This document shows positions 10,106-22,100 of a stretch of DNA of 64,000 nt, piece after piece. The number at the start of each line of letters is the position of its first letter. Position 1 is the first letter of the stretch. The DNA lies in NCBI GenBank assembly GCA_000934665.2, contig KZ538007.1, positions 1 through 64,000 on the forward strand, read 5' to 3'. A program made the translations under genes and the position numbers. Source of the stretch: Catajapyx aquilonaris. Taxonomy: Eukaryota. The notes below the pieces were generated by a model, which did not search any database, was not told where the DNA came from, and worked only from the letters and a program-made list of their open reading frames with translations.

Positions 10106-13100
10106 ATAATGTTATGACTTGAAAGTTTCATTTAATGTTAAGGCAGTTAAGTTTTCATTACAATCAAGAGGCGAACATGGCCGACAAGAGATGCATGCAA
10201 GACAATGTTCTCTATATTGTTATGCTGATACTTGCTCGAACTTTAGAAAAGGCCTTTGATAGACTAGTGTAATTATTATCATTCAACCTGCACAAAAGTG
10301 TGTAAGGTACACTACAGTATGTAAATTGTGTACTTCGCAGGTAAAATATTGTAAATAAATGGTAAATGGTAAATAAAATCTGTCTGTCGCCCATGGTCAA
10401 AAGTTGCTGGAAATTTTTCTCATTTGTAAATCGAAAAATAAGTAGATACCGTATTTCCGGATAGAAAAACAATGAACATCATAATTATACCAATTGAATG
10501 CATCAGTTTAAAGTGTGGTCAAGTGTACCAAATAAGTTGAGTCATGTATTGTGTTTCTGAATGGGCAGTGCATTATTATCTACATGAAAACTGATATATT
10601 ATTATAGCATCAAACGCATAGATAATTACAGTGTATTGTTGCTCTGCCTTGGTAAGGGACTATTGTGAGAGTGATAACACATGAATGTATGGAGGTTGAT
10701 GACTTTCAGAGTAGCAATATGCACAGTGCTGTGTTCAAAATTAACTTGAGCTTGTTACGTCGTGACTATCGATTATGCCTGAAAGGTATTCGTCTATTAT
10801 TCCATTATTATAAATATCGGTGGTGAAGTTTCACTACATGCCCAGTAATCAATACTGTCAATATGAGTTGCTTCCCCACTGTTCTAACACACTTGGCTGT
10901 CGCCTAGAACCACCAGCACATTCCACCCCCACAATTTCCTCCAAATTTGACGCAAGGATGACTACAGGTGTGCAGATATGGCCAACAACCCTGACAAAAT
11001 CACCTGTCCAAATGCGACAAGAAGCAATTGCCCCAACCTTTTGATGGTATCTGACACATACAAAGGAACCAACTCCATTACCGTTTGTCCCCGCTTGTGG
11101 AATTAATAATTCCCTTTGTCTTGTAAACAATTACTTCAACTCTGCTTGATTTAAGCGCTTCCTGAAGCTTCCCCTATATCCCTCCTCCTCCTCCTTCCTC
11201 TGAAGCTGAGCGTTCCCCAGGGAGAGTTTCACTTGCGGAAGATTTGATTTTCTAGTATAATGTCTCGTTCTTGACTAATCCCTTTTGTTCTCGCCGGATC
11301 CACGCAGAAACGATACACCGACTTGCAATTAAGTGGGGGCGGGAAAGTGAAGGAGGAGGAGGAAGGTGGGGTGGGAGGGTGGGCTTACAAGTACAACAAG
11401 AGATGTAACGCAGGACCCTGCTATTAATTTATTATTCGCTGGGAAATAGTCATTAGGAGCTGATCGGAACTTCCCGAAGTTTGGTATGAGAGGAGTAGGA
11501 TGAGGGGATTATTATTGGAGATTTTTTTAATGATTAGGGATGGCGGTAGAAACGGAGTTGAGTCATCTTTATCATGATACTGTGAGTGGGAATGCATATA
11601 GGTACAGTGTGTTTATAAAAAAACACAATTTAGAAAATAAAGTTGATTTTCATTCATGAAGTTGTCGGGCAGATTAAAGCAGTGAAAAATTTTCAATATC
11701 AGGCAGTCGTTTACATTCTTATTAAATGTGAGTGGGGATTAGACACTGTTATGACTTGTAAAAATTAAAGCTTTATTACAATTTGGGGAAATGTTGAACG
11801 TAATATAGGTATTTGTCATGTCCAAGATGGTTTCATTTGTTATGAAAAGATAGTTAAGAAATTGATTTTTAGTTTTTTACCGAAATTTCCTTCCAAAAAT
11901 AAAAGTGAAAGCAATCTGACGGTCTCCTTTCTTTAACAATGCAGTCTTCCTGTATTTTATGTGTAAAAAATTTTACAGAGTGACATAACAAATCAGCGTT
12001 TCATAAAATACTTTCTCGCTTTTGAACAACACATTATGTTGGAACTTCATAAAGAGAGTTAGTGCCCTGCAGATCCCAAACGAACTATTGTACAGGTATC
12101 CTGCAACATCACTTAAAGACCTTGGTCATGTATGTTACACAAATCATTAAAAGCTGTAATTATTATGTATTATCTCTTTCGTTATTCTACACTGACGTGT
12201 TCTGCTCTATCAGTTATGTAATTTTTTGCAAAATCTTTGAGCCAGATGGTATCTCTCAAGCTGCCAAATACGACCATTGCACCTGAATTTAAAATGTCTG
12301 ATAACTTACTCTGCATGACGAGAGCCAATAATAATTTTTGTAATCCCCCAAAGATAATGCTCATAATTCCATACATTTAGCAACCATCAATGGTACAATT
12401 CGACATATAAATGCATGAATACAAACACTGCCAAATAAAAATACGTGGCATCTGGCTGTCGCACAATAGCACACAAGCTTTTAACATTTCAGAGAGCGTG
12501 TTTACTTTTCATAAAGTGTTTACTATTTTGTTTTCTCTGGCTGAAACGAGAGACGGCGAATATGCAACACCAGCTTGTTGTGGCGAACAAAATCTGCACC
12601 GGATGGAATCGTGTCATGATATGCAGCTTAGCCTAGGAAGCTGTTGATTAAAGGGAATAATTAGCAGGGACTCTAATTTGTTCTGATCAAACAGGGGGGG
12701 ACATTTTTTTATTTACCCAGGTCGAGTTAAAGCGCACCCATGCCGAAACCAGAATTGCTTACTGGCGCTCTAATTGAGATATTAGCACTTTTTTTCTTCC
12801 TCCCCATGCTGACCACAATATTTTTCTGATGCTCATAAAGCTGTTTTTATACAGTGTGGGCAAAAAAAGGCGATGATGCAGTTCACTGCAATTTTTGGTC
12901 TTTGTGCAGTGGCTTACTGATTCCGAACAGATAAAAGGCTGGATAAAATGTTGTGTAAGGTCTTTTGTACACCAAAGTTACCTAGGCCTCTGCGTTGTAG
13001 TTAGGTGTGCTATGATGAGGGTGTTCCTACTGCCATTTATAGGTAGAGCCTATAGACTTCCTGTGTCGGGAAAGGCAGTTTCAGTGCCATTAAAAATTCA

Positions 13101-13759
13101 ATAGCAAGCACTATTTATACTGTATAACATTTTAGGGACGCATGAAGTCAAGCGGCTGCTTTCTTTACGGTTTGTCACCCAGTGGACCACTGATGTACAC
13201 AGTTGCAGTTAATCATTAGGCTCCGGCTGATTATTAGAAGAAAATATCCCCAGTTAGAGCAGCAATCCGTGACAATAATTCTAATGAAAGAATTTGTCAG
13301 CTCAGTGTTATTACTTATGACTAATTAGGTTATTGACGTATATTATTGGCTAATTTTAGGCCATCGTGCCTATTGGTTCACTGCAGGGTTTGGTTAGAAA
13401 TAGATATCCACTTCCTCGGAAAAGCCATTGCCATCAATCATAGCCCTACCTCGTTTACCGAAACTATTGATTGACATCAGCAGCACACTCCGAACCTCCG
13501 GGGTGTTCAAGTGGTAAAATGCTGTTACCGAACTTTTTAGGCCACTATGAATGGGATATGATTTTATAGAACAATAACACTTCAAGCCCGGTTTTATTTA
13601 TGCAGTGTTATGTACTGCACAATATTTTAAACAATATGTAGCTTGACGCCTGCAATAGACAATTTTATAATAGCATGTAAACCCAGCAATCATGCGTATC
13701 ACTTCTATTCTTATGTTTTTACAGCCTCTGTAACCCTGTGTGCTTCTATTCGACAGTAA

Positions 13760-14807
13760 CTATACGCAGTGACGTAACGAACATCCCACCCCCAGGCATT
13801 GAACCAATGACAATCAAAGGCATTTCACTTTACAATCTCTACTAAGCTTTTAAAGTGCTTAGGCTCGGTTTTACGACTCCAGGGCACGTCACGCCAAAAA
13901 AAGGGACGCCGAATTTAAACATTCTGGAGCCGGATTACGTCACAAAACCTTCCTTCATGCATACTGTCCCACAGTCCACCTTGGACAATGCTCCAGCCAA
14001 TAAATCAGTGACTCCATAGGTGCTCAAACACCTCCAAAGCCCACACCTAAAACCCACCCACGACACACTGATCACCCCGAATCCTCTACTAGTTGGTGCA
14101 AGCTGGCCCGTAATACTAGTAGGAGAATAATAAGATCAGTCCCAAAAAAGTTGTGGTAGGCGTGCAAGAAGCGGGCCCGCGCGCTGGCGAGCGGTTTGGC
14201 CATGCTCCGCGCCGCCACCCTGCGCGCGCTCTTGGAGCTTTGGGGGGCTGTAGGCTGGTAGGGAGGCAGCTAGCGATAGACGTTGGTCCGGGCCGGGGGT
14301 TCCAGACAGAGTTGGGGGGTGTTTGACGATAGTGCGGCGCAGGGCTGGTTGCGAGCCAGTCGGAGGCAGGCCGCTGTAGGGTTCGGTTCGCTCCTGCTCT
14401 TCCGAAAAAAGTAGAGGAGAGAAGGGTGCGTGGTTGGTGGTGATGCGGGACACGTTGCGAGACAGTTAGCGGGGGGGACGGGGGAGGACTGCTGACCGAT
14501 AGTGTGTGTTTGGTGATGTTGCAAGTGGAGCGGGCTGTTGACACTTCCGGACTAGTGACTCTGAGGTTGTGATTACCACAAGGGTAGATGACAAGCCCGA
14601 GTTGTGGTGTCTTATTAAAGGGCCGCGCCCGAGGCAGATAACAAGGTGGGGGGTGGGGGGTGGGTTTGTATAATAGACAGGATATTGAATAGGGTTGGGC
14701 GAGCGTGAAAGAGAAGCCTCGGAAGAAAATGGGTGTAGTCTAAGGGGACATCGGGGGCGGTGGTCCGGAAGGGACCGGCTCGGGTTTGGGGGTCGTATGA
14801 GGTCGCG
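13760..14807 (+). promoter_or_regulatory. Putative promoter and 5'UTR of the AP-2 gene (CpG/GC-rich)
   Basis: GC/CpG-rich block about 14160-14500 directly upstream of the coding exon. CRE/ATF-like TGACGTAA (13770) and TTACGTCA (13935), CCAAT (13804, 13997), Inr-like TCAGTC (14136). The TSS cannot be fixed from sequence. Confidence 0.55.
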
Positions 14808-14993
14808 ATGCTGGGTCGAGAAGGCAAGCAGCAAACCCCTCCTGGACACTCCCATCATTCCCATTCCCACCTCCCTCACCCTTCCGCCTCACCCGGTTGG
14901 CCAGTGGAGTTGGACATCCAGGAGCACATTCAACGCTGCCCCTGCACCTGCGACCACATGGGATACGGCAATTACCTCGACTACCAGCTGCAG
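14808..14993 (+). CDS. TfAP-2: First coding exon (62 aa, phase 0) of transcription factor AP-2; remaining exons lie beyond the window
   Basis: ATG at 14808 opens MLGREGKQQTPPGHSHHSHSHLPHPSASPGWPVELDIQEHIQRCPCTCDHMGYGNYLDYQLQ, with C/G-ending codon bias and a strong donor CAG|GTAAGG at 14993/14994. The LDIQEHIxRCxCxCxHMGY motif is recalled from insect AP-2 N-termini (not database-checked). Confidence 0.78.
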
Positions 14994-17900
14994 GTAAGGC
15001 CAACTTCTCTGCAAAAACAATACATTTTTTTTACCTCTGTCCTATATGATCGATGTGCCCGCCAGATATGGTTTTGCCGGAAGCGGAGCCGATTATATGG
15101 GGCTGTCGGACGTCCAGGAAATATACGGACCACTAGGTTAAGGTGTACCGATGGGTGTAGTTTGTACTTTTCAGTGGAGTTTTGCTGGATTATATCGTCG
15201 GGTGGGGGGTTTCCCAGATAATTGTTTCTCGTAAGAGTGTTGCTGGAGCAAAATCTGATAGAGTGGGGAAGAATCTCTTTAAATTCGAGGATCCGTCAGG
15301 CGTGAGAAGTATCCCACGCTACACGAGATCCTTCGACGCGATAATCGAAATGCAGCCCTTCAGGCCGATTTAGAGAAGGATGAATCGCTACCTGGCCCGG
15401 GACAATAATCGCCGGAGATCCCTGGTAACACCTTAGAATAATTTGCGGATATCTCAAAAGTTATGCGAGTGTTAAAAAAATTACATTAGTCAAATTTTCT
15501 GCCCATTGGCTATGGCCACGTTTACTTTGAAGCCAGTTGACTGACTTGTCCAAATCAGCGTTACGTTAAAACGTGATCGATAGACGGAGTCATTTCGGAC
15601 ATGCCCTTTAGGTCAACACCCGGCAATGTCAACATGTTTATGCCCGCAATCGAATGTATCTGATAAAATGTTGCACATTTTCCTCGTTTTCGTCGCGTGC
15701 CACCTCGTTCTGCACGAATGTAGCATTGTGCCTCTTGATTAATGGTCAAAATTTCTTATCTGTCTAGCTGCGCGGCAATTTAGTGCGTTGACTAGACGGC
15801 AAAAGGTTGCATGAAATAACAAGACCGTGAAATCGTATCATTACAGTAATTGGACTCCCTGTTAATCTATCAAAAAACGTTAGTCCCGCAAGATGGGTGG
15901 GAATTTTTATTGGTATGGGCAACTAGAGATGAATTAGAGCGACATCAACGAGCTACTTATTAGCCTCGTTACAGGTTCAAGCCATGTAAAAGTTGGTCAT
16001 TAGTTTGCCAAAGACATGTGATGTACTGGGATCAAATGTTTCATACACAGTCGAGAGGTTCTCGGTTTTTACCATGCACATTTCGCGCTATATACCCTGT
16101 AAATGTGATGCCATCTATTGGCTTCCAGTAATAATCGTGCGGTACAGGCTACGCGGAAGGTTCCCCTTAATATTGTGTCGTTGAGCTTCGCAAGTGAAAA
16201 AAAAAAGGTGGGCAGTTACCATATCTCTGGCCTCCAAAAGTCAATATTGGCTGCCAAATGATCTGACGGCAGACTTTTTGGGGCCTGGGTCACTGCAGTG
16301 TGTATCAGCGGCACATTCATTCCGTGTTTATCAGCAGGGATGGACCGACCTTTTGGTGGACCGCGGGATCAAATAAGCTGAGGCCACATTTTTGGGGGAG
16401 CTCTTCTCCATCATAACCTTTAGAAATATTGCGGGAATAACGTAGAGACTGATTTAGCAAAAGGTCCAATTTGCCAATTCAGAGGGGGGACTCTTATGCA
16501 GGTCCGTAATTTTTTAAACGTTGCACAAACACGTTATTTTAGATGGGAAAATAACTGGCATCCATATATCAGAAGTTAAATTTGAACGTCATACACGGTC
16601 ATCGCATTTTTGCATTTTGGTGTCAATTAACAATGTTTTTGCCAGATCAGCGCAGAAGGGTGATGACGGCATCTAGCTTTACTCCCATATATCAGCGGGG
16701 TAATTAATGGGCGAGGGTTAGGCAGTCATGTTGTACTAGCACGTGAAGTTGTGGAAAAAACCAATATGATAGGTGCAGTAAAAATAGAATGGGCCTAATA
16801 TTTCCGTAATGTTTTGACAGCCAACTGAAAGGGCGCCTTTCTTACCACTGTACTGCAACCACAGAATAATAACGTTATGACATGGGGGTGATTGGCATGT
16901 TGAACATTTCGCTTTTATTGGTAGCTATTATAGTAGTACTTTTATAGTACTGAATTTTTAAACTTCCAGGAAAAAAGTGCGAATTTTTCAGGCTATTTCA
17001 TATGGAAGAGTCAGAAAAAGGGTTCCAATACCGTCTATTTTTGAAACTACTGCTCCATGTCGGATTTAATATGTCGTGGTTTTGACCAAGTCTGCATTAT
17101 CTGGGAACATCGCAAAATTGTAACTTACATTGGACCATTCATTGAAATCACGGGGGGCCTTTAAAAGTGCGTGCAGGTCTCCCCTAGGGGGTGAATCGAC
17201 CATTTCGTCCAAACGGTTTGCTGCTAGTCACGATTTTTTCTCGACTCTCTTTTTACTATTTGGTAATATATTCCACTATACAAATCACCCAACGGTGCAC
17301 ATCCCATATTTCTTTGCCTCAAACTAGTTCAGATATTTATGCCAAAGGAATAGCGCAGGTTAAATTTCACGTAGATAAGGTCAGTTTATCCAATATTAAC
17401 TCACTGGGCTCACTCAAAGTTACATAGAGTCTGAAACCCCTCTAGAGTAAATATTCATTCGAGTGGCTATACTAAAGGTTTATTTGTAGAAACGTGTGAA
17501 ATCCATCAAAGACTAGTCCACCGTAAGCACTAGAAAATATTGCTGTTGCGATTGGTCAATTTGAAAATTTTTATATCAGCAACTTAAATGTCGATTACTG
17601 TCTTCATTACCGTAATATACTGTAGAAAAATTGATTACATCCAGAAACAGATAATACTTGGTCTCATCGCCCTAACTCTTATGTTGGTTTTATGATATGA
17701 CTACAAGGTAATAATTATAGCACGTGCCTAATGATTGGCAGCCATCACCGGACTTTCACGCTTTGAGCAATTTCTCGAAAAAATAAACACTCCTTTGTGC
17801 TTTCTTATCACTCTTCATTAGAATTACAGCCACCCCAACGCACAACAATAGAACCCTCTAAATATAGTATAACAAGTGAAAATACCGGCTGCGATATTGC

Positions 17901-19068
17901 TCATGCAGAAACAAAAATAATGGAAAAGGTCGCTATTTGGTGTCAACTGACCGTTAACTCGTTAAAAATAATGATTACAGGATGGGGCTCCCGAATGTTG
18001 GGATAGACCAGCGGAGTGGTTAGCAGGCCGAATGTGCAGCAAAGTGCAGCGTATTAGGGCTAGACTGCAACAACAAACGATGCAACATGCCACGTCATAA
18101 CTCTTTATTCGACGTGCTGATTGCGGCGTTTGGCGACGTTTTGACAATTTGGTCATTTTTTTCCAGCAATGCTATGCGACCATTCAGTGTGCAATAGCGA
18201 AAGACGTGTTTCAAATTGTTATTTTTTTGTGCCAGACCAACGAGATGGGCTTTCGAATACTTTTGGTTTTTCCCCGCGCATAACTTTCGGGTACATGGAA
18301 TTAATATAGCAGTCTATAGCAAAGCGTTTCGGGCTATGAGGAAACTTCAGGGCACAGTGTAATAAAAGAAACGGGAAAAAGTTTGATACTGTAAGTCCTT
18401 GTGACTGGGAAATTCTCGGGTCATTCTCAAAGCGACGTAATCTACAAATTGTTTCATGAGCTGCAAGGGACACGCCAAATCGTAATAATTCAGTAAGATA
18501 AATAACTATGACTACCAATGTTATTTTTTAGCAAACTACTTTCAGAAACATTGTGAACTATTGAGACGTTTATCCCACCTGCAGGGAAGCTGTGGCAACC
18601 CTGCCGGTGGGATAAACGTCTCAATATGTCACAACATTGCTTTTCCAAATATACACTTGCACCTCGTAAGCTAAATGCCGGCCTGCACACTCCAGATTTA
18701 AAGAGAAGCGGACTAATATGCGAGATTGCAAAACCAGCTCTTGCAAAATCCGGGTGTGGAAGTATGCGCAATTAACACGTTTCCGGCCGTGGATCCCATG
18801 GGCGTATGTTTTCTTTGCGTATTTTAATGAATATTGGTTCCCGGTGTGTGTAGAATGAAGACACACCACCCCAGCCAGGTAGTTCACAACGTGGCTGGTC
18901 GTTGACTGTTGGATAAACGTGTTTATAATGTAATTCAGCCTGAAAATTAGCGCAGTGTAAACTAGAGGGATCAGGGAAATTGCACTGCTAATACATAATC
19001 AATAAAATGATTAAGCAAGGAGAGGAATTCGTCCAGCCTCGTCAAATTGGGTCTGAGCTACGCCTCTC

Positions 19069-19069
<1 letters not shown>

Positions 19070-19129
<60 letters not shown>
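19070..19129. repeat. (ATT)20 microsatellite
   Basis: Perfect 60-nt ATT run. Confidence 0.98.
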
Positions 19130-22100
19130 GAAAACGTCAAGCGGCCTGTATTTTTGATAGCAATATCACCACGTTTATGTGACAAAATTATTCTATATGC
19201 GATGTGGCTTCCTAAATTAGGAAATATGATTAATTTCTGGCTGCAAACCAGTTTTCACTAGACACGATAATGTCAGAACCAAAAATATCGGAAAACGTCC
19301 GGATCATCCAGCAACATTAATCACTCCACCGCAAAAATGGGCAATGGATATCTCCTGAAAATAACAAATGGCACGCCCCAGTTGTTGGAATGGAGGCGGG
19401 AAATATGTACAGTGTTTCCCTAGTGGGCTTAGATTCCAGTGGGAAGCTTAAATAGTGACCTTTGCTCTTATTAACCGTTTGGCTTCTTGGCCTTCTTTTG
19501 GCATGACCCCAATGGCCATTCCGTTCCTTCCTGACAATAATGTCCGTTTCAAGAGCATCTGAGCAAATTAAAGCGGGGACTAATTCCAATTTATGGCTGC
19601 CTAACTCCCCTCCCAGCATTTTCCCTTTGCATGCAAAGTCGAGTCGGCACACAGCGCCCTACTTGTAGGTTGGTGTTAATGCTTCCAGTAAAACCCGGGT
19701 CTCAGAAGAGGGACAAACACGGCAATCCGGAGCTTGCGATTGTCCAGTGCGTGGTGGGTGCGTGTTAACAGAGCGTGATGTTGAATTTCGTCACAGACGG
19801 GTGCCGAGGAGAAATGGCTGCAAATAAGGTTAGCCAGCGGCTGCTGACTAATTGCGTGCTTTTTGTCGTTACGTACCGGCGGACAGATGGCGTTTGCATT
19901 GAAGTAATGGCCGGAGAGGGTGGCTGTGGTGGATTCTGGAGTATTATGCAGTACAGGAAGTGCGACAGAGGGATGAGTTCGGGAATTGTGTACAGTACGG
20001 CTATTATACGATGTGATATGCACTGTGACAGTGGTGTACAATGTCTAGCACAATTAGGGTACCATACCTGAATCAGATTTATTCACCGGGTCCACATCCA
20101 GCCCAAGAAGACATCATTTCCAAGCATGTTTGACCACGTCGAGACAGGTCGAGATGGTACAGGTGGCCTACCTTTCAGGATATACTTGATTCAGGTATGG
20201 TACCCTGATTGTGCTGGCGACTGTACCATCACTTCATATCAAATATTGTCCAGAAATGCCTCCATGTGCCGACTTATTCACATTCACAATAATTCACAAT
20301 TTAAAATCCAGCATCATAATCTCAATGCTTATATATTTTTGATTGTGTGAGGAAGCGAGAAAACCCATTCGAATCCGGAGAGAACCCACCGAATCTCATT
20401 CCACATGAGACAATACTCCGCCCGATCCGAGGACACCAGTGCAGTGCCTGGACTAAAGCATGAGGCCTTTAAAATTGTCAGTGCTGGAACATTTTCTACA
20501 CCAGTTTCCGAAAATTGAATCTGGTGACAAGTTCTATCCCTGAGGGCTAGAGCTAAAAATGTGGTATATTTGCACACACAGTGAGAGCAGAACAATAAAA
20601 TGATGAGCCGACATTGTAACGGGATATTTCAAAAAGCATCGTACCTGTACTTCTCTGAACGTACGCTTAAATTCCAGACTTGACTCGATTCGTTATGCAA
20701 AGCACACTGCAGACCAGGCAGATCCTATAACCTGCGCTTGCGAGTGAATACATTCCGTTCATAACTCGCATTGCGTGGCAAAAATTATCCACTTTTCTCC
20801 CCAGCCGCGTCTTTTATTGCCAAAATATTACGAAAGCCAGCGTTTATTGCAACTCGCATTAAATGATCACACTATACAGTCATGCGACTCGGGGGATAAC
20901 TTTATATCATCATGTACCGTAGTATCCCGAGTGAGCAAATTTTGATAGCTTATTGTGTGCGGCTCGCCAGTGATTATTCCCATGGTTAAGAGGCGTTCGT
21001 TTGCATGTGAAAGTGATTCCCCAGGTTCTTAATGGAATCGATGTTGGCACACCTTCATTATCCCAGTTATAGAAGCCAATACTCTATCCTCAGGATAAGA
21101 GAAAATCCCAGTGGAGCACTCCTTTTGTATCCTTGCTTCCAGGAAGCAGTACTTTGCTCTCAAAAGCGCTTTTTTATGAATAATCTCCACCATGTTCAAG
21201 GATTCTGGTCTAGTGCCACCACAGAAGAAATCCTGGTTTTAGTAAGTATATTTAGGTTTGTGTTGAAAAGTTTTAGTTTGTTAAAAAAGTGTACATTTTT
21301 TAGTATTTGAGGAAGGGGATATCCCCTTTCGGCAGTTGGTTAGTTTGAAAACCGCGTCTGATATCCACGAACTTTGTGAAACCTCGAGCTTAACCTAAAC
21401 TGGCCAGAAATTGCGGTGGCTATTTCGAGGGTTCGTACTCTCCCAACAATCTGTGGCGTTGTAGGATACGTTTATTCTTCTCTATTTTCGGTGAATTTTT
21501 TTTTCGAATCGTTGCAAAAAAAAAAAATCGTTTTTGAGCTTTACGGGTGCGGCTGGACGAAATTGCTCAATAATTTGCACGCAGCAAAATGGAAACTCAT
21601 TCGTAATACAATGGCACGCATGTTACGTTTGGCCCACCGCATTCTGCGCCGTTTATTGAGCGAGCCCGCGGGCTTTAGGCAACTTTGCTAGGAACGGCAT
21701 TGTGGGCATGTTTATTCTTCTACATTATGTTGGTATAGTTTTGAGACGAGACTTTCAAATAACTGCTCCTCCACTGGTCAGCAGTCAGCGGAGTGGATAT
21801 GTTTTTTGTGATATTTTCATTCATGCTTTGAGTGAATGGGTTCCTTTCATTATGTATAGGACCCTTTATTAGGGATTCAACAAATTGGAATTAATTATGG
21901 GGAGGTGGTCGCGACTGGTACGTGATAATAGCCAATCAGAATTGTTTTAATTTTAAAATTTCTATTCACATTCTTAATAATATAATATGTTGCTGATGGA
22001 CAAGTAGACAGTAGATGGCCTCTCACCTTCAGAAGAACGTGCCCTTGTGGAATGAATGCCACATAATGTTTCGCCCGTTACTATATACGCTAATATGACC

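Noticed and set aside
14760..15221. 153-aa ORF as a complete protein
   Set aside because: It starts at a GTG and reads through a strong splice donor at 14994. Only 14808-14993 looks coding.
15301..15318. Su(H) paired site (CGTGAGAA / ATCCCACG)
   Set aside because: Spacing is 2 nt rather than the 15-17 nt of paired sites, and the second site is non-consensus.
19007..19261. Poly-isoleucine membrane protein ORF
   Set aside because: Translation of the (ATT)20 microsatellite.
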